This document shows, one piece after another, positions 26,918-38,655 of a stretch of 64,000 bases of DNA. Origin of the DNA: Octopus sinensis (lineage: Eukaryota); contig NC_043009.1 of NCBI RefSeq assembly GCF_006345805.1, forward strand, positions 36,270,001-36,334,000, read 5' to 3'. Every line of letters starts with the position of its first letter. Position 1 is the first letter of the stretch. Both the position numbers and the translations under genes were made by a program. The notes below the pieces were generated by a model. It was not told where the DNA came from. It ran no database searches and saw nothing but the letters and a program-made list of their open reading frames with translations.

Positions 26918-28076
26918 CAGTCATAATTATTATTGTTGTTCAGAAAGGTAACAAGCTGACAGAATCATTAGCACACTGGGCAAAATGCTTAGCAGCATTT
27001 CATCCGTCCTTACGTTCAAATTCCGCTACAGTCGACTTTGCCTGTCATCCTTTCAGGGTTGATAAATTAAGTACCAGTAGAGTACTAGGGTCAATATAAT
27101 CAACTTAACCCCTATCCCCAAATTTCAGGTCTTGTACCTATAGTAAAAAGGATTATTATAGTTGTTTAGCCCCTAGGTCAGCCTAAGTGAGCAAACATTT
27201 AAGTAAAGACCATATACACACTCATACAATCCTAATTTTAAAATATGTACATAATGTCCTTCATCATCATTTAATGTCCGTTTTCCATGCTAACTGGTAA
27301 GCCAGAGAGCTGCACCAGGCTCCAGTCATCTGTTTTGGCTTGGTTTCTATAGCTGGATGCTCTTCCTAACACCAACCGCTTTACAGAAGTTACAGGGTGC
27401 ATTTATGTGCCACCCCATTGGTGCCTTTTAAATGTCACCAGCATGGGTACCTTTTACTTGGCACCAGCACTGATTGTGACCACAATTCACTTAGCTGGAC
27501 ATGTCTTCCCATGCACAGCAAATCGCCAGAACCCTCAGTCACTTGTGTGTCATTAATGATGGCTAAAAGGGTTCATAACAGGTTTGGCATCCAGCTATAA
27601 AACCTTAAAACCCTGCCTCAGAAAAACCATCCCGTCCATGTTAGCTTTGGAGGTCTTAAAATGATGATGTAATATATACAGAGAGAGACAGACAGACCTG
27701 AATAAATTCACACCACCAGAGATTAGTAATACTGTGAATCATAAGTATATTGAATTCTAATAACTGGTTACTTTATGTGTTTGTGTGTGTGTATTAGTCA
27801 CCTACTTTTAAGTATATAACTACCTTTGTCACATCACCATAGACAGTCTTTAGATTTACTTTTGGCATATTCCTGGCACGCAAATCTGGTTTATTGCCCT
27901 TCTGGGTCTTTTGTAATTGCAGTTGAAGCTCATAAAGTAAAAACAAAAATAATAAATTTCTGTGAATACAAAAATTAATGCAAGTCTGAGCTTAGTATGA
28001 TAAAATACATTAAATTTTTACATGATCACATCATGATCAGCTAGAAAAAGGAGCCAAATCTCCTTCACATCACACA

Positions 28077-28290
28077 CTTCCACCTAAAAAATGAAAGCAC
28101 CCATTGCATAATGTAGTCCTATACACACAATGGATGAGATGGTCAAGGATGGATCACCTTTGATCATAAGCCAGAGTCAGGGCTTCCACCTAAAAAATGA
28201 AAGCACCCATTGCATAATGTAGTCCTATACACACAATGGATGAGATGGTCAAGGATGGATCACCTTTGATCATAAGCCAGAGTCAGGGCT
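28077..28290. repeat. Tandem duplication of 106 bp, two copies
   Basis: CTTCCACCTAAAAAATGAAAGCACCC...GAGTCAGGG at 28077 and 28183. Confidence 0.9.
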
Positions 28291-28382
28291 GACAAGGGAT
28301 CAAACTATAAAATATTTGCCAATTAACTTATCAATGACATAACTATTCATCCTTTCTTTCTTTGATTTCTCTAATTTTCTAG

Positions 28383-28611
28383 GCTGGTCGTTTGTTAATC
28401 CGTAAATCTCTGAGTAGTTTACTGCAAGTCCCCTACTCCTCATTGGTACTAAGCCGGACTGACAAAGGAAAGCCATATCTATCATCTGTAGGCAATGCCC
28501 TCAGCAAAACTTCACCCCATTTCAATATTGCCCACCATGGCAATTTCACTGTCTTAGCTACCCACTCGAATGTTGACATTGGGGTAGACGTCATGAAAGT
28601 AGAACAACCAA
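28383..28611 (+). CDS. AASDHPPT: AASDHPPT coding exon 2
   Basis: AGRLLIRK...RTDKGKPYL...FNIAHHG...IGVDVM; TAG acceptor; donor A|GTAGGT (phase 1) fits the next exon. Confidence 0.93.
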
Positions 28612-30322
28612 GTAGGTAAACAGGTATTTTCTTTGCTCTGTTTTCATTTGTTGTATTTGTAACACTAGCAGTTGTTGTTATTGCTTAACCCCAGGTGTGC
28701 CCGTCTTGAACAGATGTAAGATCAAAGGCATTCCAGCTGGGAACATCTCTCCATATCTGTGACTACTTCATCCAATACAAACTTCCCTTCAATCGCTCTC
28801 TTGCTAGAAATAGCAGCCAAATCTCCCTCCCTCAAATTGCACTCTATTACCATTTTCTTGTTATTTGATCAAGCTGACCCATGATCAAAGGCATACCAAC
28901 CATGACCATCCTGTCTTTCCCTACAACAGAACTACATTTATTTGTTAATGATAGGAGAGTGTAAGGATTTGAGGGAAATTTGGCTGCTATTTCTAACAGG
29001 TCAGGGGAGCCACATAATTGTTGTTGCTTGTGTTGCATCCCTTTATGTCCCATAACCTAGCTGTTTGACAAGTAGATATCAATAAAATGGATGCTAGGTT
29101 GAAGAAAATACAAATTTTTAAAGGTAGTACTCCAGCTTGGCCGCAATCTGTAAAACCATAAAACAATGCTCTTGTGTTACACACGACTGTATACTTGTGT
29201 GTATATGTGCTCATACAACTGTGTGTACATGTGTAGATACAACTGGATTTATGTATGTTTATATATGCATACAATTTCATGCATGTTGTATATATGTATG
29301 TCTATGTGTATTTCATTTGGCAAGGTATAGCACCTGTTCAGCCACCCTGCCAGTGATACAACAAAGTCATGGGACTGCAGCAAGACAGATTGTGAAGCGG
29401 TGGCAGAAGAGCTCAACTGAGCCAATGGTGCTTCACACATTGATACTAAGCAGAGGAATCCTAGAAGATCAATGGTCGTAACTACAGTACATCCATAGGG
29501 GCAGCATCCATGGTTGTGTAATTAGATATTCACTATGTATCAAGCTCCCAATACAAACATACAGTATCATCATCATCATCGTTTAACGTCCGTTTTCCGC
29601 GCTAGCATGGATTGGACGGTTCGACCGGGGTCTGGGAAGCCAGGGGCTGCTCCAGGCTCCAGTCTGATCTGGCAGAGTTTCTACGGCTGGATGCCCTTCC
29701 TAACGCCAACCACTCCGCGAGTATATATATATACAAACATATGTGTGTACATGTATACATGTGTATGAGTTTGTCTTTCATCCTATACTTGTTTAAATCA
29801 TTAAACTGCAGCCATACTGGGGTACTGTCTTGTAGGGTTTCAGTCGAGCAAATCGATCTCAGAACTTTACATTTGTTTAAAGCCAAGTACAAATTCATAA
29901 CAGAATTGGATGGCGGTGAGCTGGCAGAAACGTTAGCACGCCGGGTGAAATGCGTAGCCGTAGTTCATCCGGCGTTACGTTCTGAGTTCAAATTCCGCCA
30001 AGGTCGACTTTGCCTTTCATCCTTTCGGGGTCGATTAAATAAGTACCAGTTACGCACTGGGGTCGATATAATCGATTTAATCTGTTTGTCTTCTCTGTGT
30101 TTAGCCCCTTGTGGGTAGTAAAGAAATAAGAATTGGATGGCAACAGAGACATAGGAATCTGCAAAAGCAGCACAACCAAAGAAGATATCTGTGTGTAAAC
30201 TTAAGCATGCATACATCTGTGTATGTGTATGTATGAATGTTTGCGGGTGGATGTTTTGTTTCTCTGTTCTTCCCCAATTGCAAAGCATACCTACTAGTTC
30301 TTCCACATGGAATCTATTTCAG

Positions 30323-30444
30323 TGGGAAGGACTGTCAAGAAATTCTTCTTTGATATGAGACGACAGTTCACTGAGCTTGAATGGAGAGTGATCCAGTCAG
30401 CAGGAAGTGAATTCAACCAGCTCCTCATGTTTTACAGACATTGG
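30323..30444 (+). CDS. AASDHPPT: AASDHPPT coding exon 3
   Basis: FFFDMRRQFTELEW...QLLMFYRHW; TTCAG acceptor, GTATGT donor. Confidence 0.92.
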
Positions 30445-31099
30445 GTATGTATTCATTATTATCAGACCAAAGAAATCAGTAGATCAATGAACAAAATGTA
30501 TTATGGTTTTTAATTACATCTGTTTACATTCAGAGTTCAAATCCTGTTGAAGTTGACGTTATATTTTATTCTTCCTGGGTCAATAAAATAGATACCACTA
30601 AAGTATTGGAAGTCAATTTAAAACACAATACATCAAGTTTGTGGCTTAATACCTATATTCCAACTATCAATTGAACAGGAATCATTCTCAATAATTTTCA
30701 GTTCCTTTCTTCAACATTCCTGGTTCCTACAATCACTGGTGTTGTAACCACCTTGAGATGTCACATTTTTCAATTTTAATTTATATTTTGTGAACTAGTC
30801 AAATTCTTTTGCCAAGATATGATCACAAGGAATGCTAATGTTGATCAATAAACAAACTTTATTGTTTTGGTCCAACCCATGCTAACATGGAAAGCGGATG
30901 TTAAACAATGATCTGGTTTATTAGCTTTGATGGTTCAGTCTCTGTACTGGAAAGTCCCAAAGAATCATTGCATTTTCTCCCTCAGTTACAGCCTCAAAGT
31001 GGTGTCGGCAGTTTTGATTTTATAATGCCAACATATTAACCAGTCTAGATATTATTATCGTCATAATAATCATTATCATAATTATCATCATTTTTGCAG

Positions 31100-31366
31100 T
31101 GTTTGAAAGAAAGTATGGTTAAATGTCTTGGAGCTGGTATTGGTTTCGGCCTGGACAGGTTAGAATTTCATGTATCCAGTCCTCTACTGACCAGCGGCAA
31201 CACTGTTACTGACACAGTTCTCTTGTTGGATGGTAAAATCAACAAAGAGTGGACATTTGAAGAGACTCTACTGGAAGGTGACCACTGCATTGCCATAGCT
31301 TACCAATATCTTACACCACAGAACCATCTTACAGCACAAGAAACCAAAACAAACCACAATGAAAAG
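31100..31366 (+). CDS. AASDHPPT: AASDHPPT coding exon 4
   Basis: CLKESMVKCLGAGIGFGLDRLEF completes the WxLKE PPTase motif; EWTFEE; GCAG acceptor; donor AAG|GTTTTT is weaker but phase-consistent. Confidence 0.9.
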
Positions 31367-33018
31367 GTTTTTCGAGTTTTTTCTTCTTTTTATGTGTGAA
31401 CAGTGGAATTTTTTTTTAAATAAACCTGTTTTTTTGTATCTCCAAGAATAGGGGGAGGAAACTTTCCTTGTTTGTATGTGTGGGTAGGGTTTTGTTGTTT
31501 AACACCAAGTCTATATTTAGCCAGGAGATTTATGATCAAAGGTATTTCTGTCATAACTATTATGTTTGTTGACTGATGTTTGATCTTTTCTTCAAGCACA
31601 ATGTATCCAGAATTACATTATCCGACTTGTCTATCCTTGTAATGAGATATAGGGCTGTAATTTGATGAACATTTGGTTGCTATTCCTAGCAGGTTGATCT
31701 ACCACATAAAGGTTTTCTCATTGTTTTGACTGATGTTGTTAAACCCCAGATCAACCTTGTTACAGGAGACCTATGATCAAAAGGGTTTCAGCTATGACCA
31801 TCCTGCCTTTTTAGGCAGTCTTTATACATCAAAAAGTACATTATCGAATATATCCTTCAGACTGTGACTGGTTAGATTATTGTAGTTGGTGGGGGTGAGG
31901 GTGTTTAACCCTAGGTCAGCCCCACACAGCAGACCTGTGATCAAATACATTCCAGCTTTTATATTTCTATATATTGTAGTATCTAGTACTACATTTACAT
32001 TGTGTCCTTCCTTTTTTAAGCTAGTAGAGTATGATTTGGTTACTATTTCTTGCATATTGAATGACCACTAACTGTCCTCACTGCTGCTTCTCATGTGAAT
32101 CATGAAGTGCTTCCTGTACTTATACCACCCTGCAGTGCATCATTACACATGAGTGGACTCAACTATTTAGAGCCAAATGCCTCAGCTACTGATACACCTC
32201 AGTAACTGCAGCAGGATTACAGGAACACCTTCATGTCTTCACTGGTTCACCATATCCACCCACAGATCAGGTCTAACTGAACAAATCTATGATCTGAAGC
32301 ATTCCAACTGTGACTATCTCCTCTCTTAGTGTATCAGTTTCTACATAAATGTAATGTACTTTGGGCCTCACAGAGGGGATGACAGGGAACCAAGACTTCT
32401 GGCAATTCGCTATGCTCGAGAATATATGTCAAGGTAGGTAAATACTTGGTTGTCCTTGCATACAGGTATGTCCCCTGCATCCCTTCCTTTTCAGCTGAGC
32501 ATTCCTAATCTTGCAAGCTAGTGGGTGCCAGTGCGTTGTGAAGAGCACTTGTGCCAGTGCTGCATAATAGCACCCAGTACGCTATGCTGAGTGGTTGGCA
32601 TTAGGAAGGGCATCCAGTTATAGAAAGCATGCCAAAACAGGCATGGAGCTCGGGCAGCCCTCCAGCTGACCATCTTCTGTCAAACCATCCAACCCATTAC
32701 AGTATGGAAAATGGACATTTAACAATGATGGTTGTGATGTTTGTGGTCATGGTGGACAGTAGAGTATGATGCAAGAGAGATTTGGATACTATTTTTAACT
32801 CATTAAATATGTAGAGCCTCTCTTATTTGCCCAATCCAAATATATTCAGGGCATAAAACAAATGCCCCCCCCCCCCCCTCATTTAAAACAGTAGGGTGTT
32901 GGGTCGGAGAAAATGTGGTTGACATCTTAAAATCTTTGTTGTCTTGCATAGAAACATTAAATGACATTTCTAGATTTGAAAACAAAATAAAAATTATTTT
33001 ATCTTTTTGTTTTTTCAG

Positions 33019-33189
33019 GAATCACAACAAAGTCTCATTGAAGCTTCAACTGTTAAACCATTTAGAATTCTTTCCTTTCAAGAACTGATAGCCAATGCCA
33101 TGCCACAGACACCAGCTGATCTCGAATACTGGCAGAACTTTGATTCCAAACTAGAAAGACCCAAAAAACAACAGGAATCAGTCACGTAA
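33019..33189 (+). CDS. AASDHPPT: AASDHPPT final coding exon
   Basis: FRILSFQELIANAMPQTP..YW resembles the vertebrate C-terminus; TTTCAG acceptor; total CDS 945 nt = 314 aa. Confidence 0.88.
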   Translation, partial: ESQQSLIEASTVKPFRILSFQELIANAMPQTPADLEYWQNFDSKLERPKKQQESVT

Positions 33190-33562
33190 ACTTTCAATGT
33201 GCAATTGCTCTGTGTGCATCACTACATGTGTATGTGTGTGTGTATATATAGATATATATATATATATATATAATCTCCAGGATTCGAGAGAATCAGGTAT
33301 TTAAATGGTGAAAGCACCAAGGTCAGGCCAGTTATAGTACTATCTTGTACAAACAATGTATAACGACAAATACTCACTCACTAAAGTAAACATGGATTTG
33401 TTCTCCAGTTATGCAAACATTTACAAGCAGCTGTCTGAATATACAATGAGTCATCAAGGTCACACATGGATACACTCACTGCACCTATTGATCCGTCGTC
33501 TATAAACACTAGATCCCAACAAATTGCATGATCCAAGTTAGGTGAAGGACGAACAATAACAC

Positions 33563-33713
33563 ATGGATTGTGGTTCACATCAGCTGTTTCAGGCATGTTA
33601 TTTTATTGATGAAGAGAAGTGTTATATCTTGTGGGGTGTTTACAGGATGTAACACTGCTATTCATCAATGAAAAAAAACATGTCTGAAACAGCTACAGCA
33701 AACCACAATCCAT
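33563..33713 (+). repeat. ~150-nt imperfect hairpin in the presumed AASDHPPT 3' UTR
   Basis: ATGGATTGTGGTT/AACCACAATCCAT, AGCTGTTTCAGGCATGTT/AACATGTCTGAAACAGCT, AGTGTTATATCTTGT/ACAGGATGTAACACT. Confidence 0.8.
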
Positions 33714-33937
33714 CTGTATTCTTTTTATCGTTTTGGATTTACACTACCAAAAAATATACATAATCCAAATAAGCAAACCAGGATTTACCCATCAGAAGAA
33801 TTACTGTGGGATTACTTAATGTAAGCAATATTTAGTGCTTCTTACTACTTGATATGTTTAGCCAAAACATGGAATATACCTCAGAGCACTTATGGTACCC
33901 GCCTGGATAATTTATCATTATATTCTCATCATGTGTT

Positions 33938-33977
<40 letters not shown>

Positions 33978-34270
33978 AGAGAAAAATGGGATTTAAAAAT
34001 CCTGGCAGATATCAATTAAGCAATCAGTATAAAGGAATAAGGTTAAATTTCCAACAACCAGATACCAACAAATGTAAGTAGAATGCAAATCCCAAGTAAA
34101 TCTTCATATATGGCAGGTTAATCCAACAATTCTTTTGTGGAATTTTAAGAAATTCAGAATATTTAATAACAACAAATAATATGTACACAGAAAATCATAT
34201 CATATCTGAGATCACATCTTTAAAATCCAATTGTTTCAATTACATTAACATATAAACACACACATGTACG

Positions 34271-34306
<36 letters not shown>

Positions 34307-36049
34307 ATATATACATATAGCATTTATTAACAGCTAAAATTATTTCAGACGTTCAGTTGGAATTGCAGCAATTTGGATTACTTTGATAATATTTTATATT
34401 TATATATATATGTGTGTGTGTGTTGTGTATGTTAATGCAAGTGAAACAATTGTTGGATTTTTAAGCTGATAGATAGACAGACATTTATTTATTTATTTAA
34501 ATGACCCAACAAGGTGGGGGTACCCTTGAAAATTGGTCTGCTCAGTTAACATTTATACACTCATATCATCAAATGATTATAAAGTTTATTTCACAATTAA
34601 GGTCTCAAGTTCAATCCCACTGTGAAGCTGTATGCAACTGAATTTGCAGTTTGATAATTGTGTTTGTATGAAACTCAATTTTTGAGTCATTTATGTAGCT
34701 TCTGAGCTATAATTAAATTATATATTCGTGTGTGTGTGGGGGGGGGTCAACAAAATCTCTATAAACTAGAAATCCTTAAACAAGTATTATTACCTTTACC
34801 AAGATTCATGCAGTATCAATGTGTGTGTGTGTGCACATGGCTGACTTCTCAATACATTTTATAGATAGATAGATAGTGTATCAAGAATAAGTCAACCATG
34901 TGGATGAACCATGTCTCTCCTGGTAATCATGAGAGGAAAATTACAGGAACTAGGAAAGTGAAATAAAATTGTTGAAGTAAGGATCATTCATGCATGTCAG
35001 ACTTGTCACCAGGTGCTCTACACTCCTCTGTGGTATACAGATACACCACACTCACCCTCTCTGTTTATTTATCTCTAAACAATGTGTTTGGAACATGAGA
35101 TTAAGAATAAGTTGATTTTTATAATTGTTTTGCAATAAATGTTTATCTTTACCTTTGATGTTAACCATTTCTTTCTTCATCTAAGGAGTCTGAAATAACA
35201 GGAAGCCAATAGGTACTAGGATGGTGTTACAGAATTTTTTGTTGCAGCAAAGATTTACCAATTAATTAAATTACCTGTTTAAACTATTTCCCATTCAAAA
35301 TTAGTTCTCAATAAAGATATAAACATGATGATGATGGTGGTGGCAATGGCATTAGCGGTCGTGGTGTCTGTTATTAATGGACCAAGTGAAACAGTGGAAT
35401 CCAGAGGAAGCAAGGAATGGTCTGCCATAAGTAAGAACAAAAAGTTCACGGGGTTGTATGGTATGTTAGTTTGATGTGAGGAAGAGGAGGGGGAATATTT
35501 CAGACAGAAGTCTTCAAAAAAATGGAATATGAAATTCCTACCAAAGCTAAATTATATGAAATAGAGTTGTAGATAAACTGAAGCAGTTTGGTGGGAGAAA
35601 GAATTAGTTTTGGGAGTGGTGGAGGAAATGGTAGTGACTGTGAGAGGGAAGTGATAAAGTTAGGAATTGGACAAGAGGTGACTTTAGGGTCTAAAACTAA
35701 TATATAGTGACATTGAGTTACTTCATTCTCTGTTTTCCTCTAAATATATACTGTGGGATGACGTCAGCAGCTGGGGAGCTGACCGGAAGGGGCAGCAGTG
35801 ACGCGCGCAGCGAGGGCACGATTCTGCCTTTTCAAGGCAGGTAAGACGGCGTCAGCACGTTGTTAAGGTTGGGAGAAGCAGCTGCTATTTCTAGCGTTCA
35901 ACCTCATGCAATATTTATTACCTAACATTTGGTCAAAAACTTCTGGTGAATTATAGTTCCATGATTCTGATAATCAAATTCCAGATATGTGTTTGTATGC
36001 ATGATTACAAGTTCAAATCATGAAAAAGAAGTTTCAACCAGCATCGTAC

Positions 36050-36412
36050 TTCATATTTCATTTCATTTCATTGAGTTTGAGTCCATGCTTAGGCCAAGTC
36101 GAAGACTCCACCCTCAGAGTCTGGTGTGGTTGCCAGGTTGTATTCTCTGTTTAATTTTGACATGTGTAGGAGCGAGTTTGAGTCAGTTTGTGCTCGTTGT
36201 GTATATCCTGGGAGATGGGGTTCATCTCTAATGGTGCTTAAGTATCTATCCAGCTGCAATTTGAATGATTCCACACTGCATCCTGATAGATTTCTGACAT
36301 GTACCGGAATGGAGTTGAATAGTTGTGCTCCTCGAACCAACAGACTTGTTTCTCGCAGGGTTTTTGCTGCCTGGCCAGCCTTTTTGTTGATTGGTGGTAG
36401 CTGGCAAGAAAT
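36050..36412 (-). mobile_element. 3' end of a CR1/L2-group LINE
   Basis: RGAQLFNSIP...FKLQLDRYLSTIRDEP....NSL, then an (AATGA)n tail. Confidence 0.8.
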
Positions 36413-38655
36413 CTAATTAATTATGATAATTATGCATTGAGGAGAAGGAAACAATATTTTATTAGTCTGAAGTTGGCAACAAACCCAGGCATGTTTCTGT
36501 CTTGGACCTCCTGTGAAAAGTAAAACCTTTTCTGTATTTGCCAGATTAGTGATGCAAATAATAAGTGATGTATAACAATGTCCACCTGTTGTAGGTAAAG
36601 CTCTCAATCATTACTACTGCTTATTAAAATTTCTGTTCTGTGTATCCATGAAAAACTGCTTGCTTCAATCCAGGGTTAATTCTGTTTAAGCAGGGGATTA
36701 TGTGACTTTTTCTGGTTTAAAACAGCAGGGTTTAGTTTGAAGGAGATGTGGCTGCTATTTCAACCAGGTCGACCGCATAGGTATTTCTTTGTTGGCTCAT
36801 TGTGAATATAGTAGTATCAGTCAGTCCAAGACATAAAACAAATGAACAGTGGATGGAATAAACCCAGCACATGGCCAAGTTTATTCAATATTTTATCATC
36901 TCACCAATGAATGATAAAATATTGCTTTCAAATTTTGGCACAAGGCCAGCAATTTTGGGATGGGGGTAAGTCAATTACATCAACTCCAGTGCTCAACTAG
37001 TATTTATTTTATTGATTTCGAAAGGATGAAATGCAAAGTGGACCTCAGCAAAATTTGATATCAGAACATGAAGACAGACGAAATACTGCTAAGCATTTCA
37101 CCCGGCATGCTAACAATTCTGCCAGCTCATCGAATGGTAAAATATTTAAAAGTCAACATTTAAAATTTGAACTTAAAACATCTGTACAATGTTTACTCCA
37201 GCTCTCCACATTTTCTGTCATCTATATTCGAAGAATTAAACTACGTTAAACTTACAAATTACAATTTTCTCAAAAAAGCCAGGTGGAAATAATGTTTTCT
37301 TTTGACACATTCTACCAGTATACGAAGTTTCAAATTGTTTAGTTAACCAGAAATTCCGTCCATCAAAAGGAAAAGATCCGTAAATTTTAATAATAGAAAA
37401 AAAAAATTTTCAAACTGCCTCAGTTTATAAGTCAAAGGGAGATAAGTCTTTTTTCCCTGTATTTGTTATGAATAGACAAATGTATATTACTCTTTCTCTT
37501 TACTTGTTTTCAGTCATTTTGACTGCGGCCATGCTGGAGCACCGCCTTTAGTCGAGCAAATCGACCCCGGGACTTATTCTTTGTAAGCCCAGTGCTTATT
37601 CTATCGGTCTCTTTTGCCGAACCGCTAGATGACGGGGACGTAAACACACCAGCATCGGTTGTCAAGCAATGCTAGGGGGACAAACACACACACACACATA
37701 TACATATATACGACAGGCTTCTTTCAGTTTCCGTCTACCAAATCCACTCACAAGGCATTGGTCGTCCCGGGGCTATAGCAGAAGACACTTGCCCAAGATG
37801 CCACGCAGTGGGACTGAACCCGGAACCATGTGGTTGGTTAGCAAGCTACCCACACAGCCACTCCGTAGAAGTATTATACAACTGAAATAATTATTGATGT
37901 GTAAAGGAACCAACTGAAACGATTGTATCCTATGAGTTGGACCTATTATTATAAATATCTATATATTTATTTACATTTGACGGGTATTTGTCGTCTTGTT
38001 TTCTCCAAGACACCTGAAACGTTGTTAACAAATGAGATGTGGACAAATTTCCATCAAATGTAAATAATGAACATAATTCCTCATCTATTAGATATAGAAC
38101 TGTATATATTTATACTTGTAGAGGCGCAATGGCCCAGTGGTTAGGGCAGCGGACTCGCAATCGCAATGATTGAAGAGAGGGTTCTTTAATCAATTCTATT
38201 GCATAATTTTTGTCTCAAAGTGACTCTAATTACAGGTAAATCCAGATAAACTGAGCAAAATGTAAAAATATTTAAATTTTGTTTAAACATTACCATAGAA
38301 AATGAGTCCTCTGCTAATATTTAATTGAGGTATGCAACAAAATTCTGATATAGAAGAATTGTGCACATCACTAGATTATCAGTTGAATTTAATGCACAGA
38401 AGAACAGGTGTATCATAAATGTAAAATAAACTGAAATACTGGAATTTGTTTTTGAAGAAAACTAGAAAATTAAATATACTCACACACATACATAAATACA
38501 CAGGAACATATATAATAAAGATTTACAATAGAAATAGTCAAAACTTGTCACTCAGCTTACAGGCAAATTAAAATTACAGGTAAATTACAATAAAAAGTTA
38601 AATTTGAAAAATATTTATACAATCTAATTATACATATATACAAACAATATTTACA

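Noticed and set aside
28612-28621. Alternative donor AG|GTAAAC at 28615/28616
   Set aside because: Gives phase 2, incompatible with the phase-1 acceptor at 30323.
33650-33660. TAACACTG as a miR-8/miR-200 family miRNA
   Set aside because: Only the seed matches; the remainder does not resemble the mature miRNA.
37968-38065. Short inverted repeat TATTTACATTTGA...TCAAATGTAAATA as another HHR element
   Set aside because: The inverted repeat is real, but only CTGAAACG remains at its centre and no full core is present.
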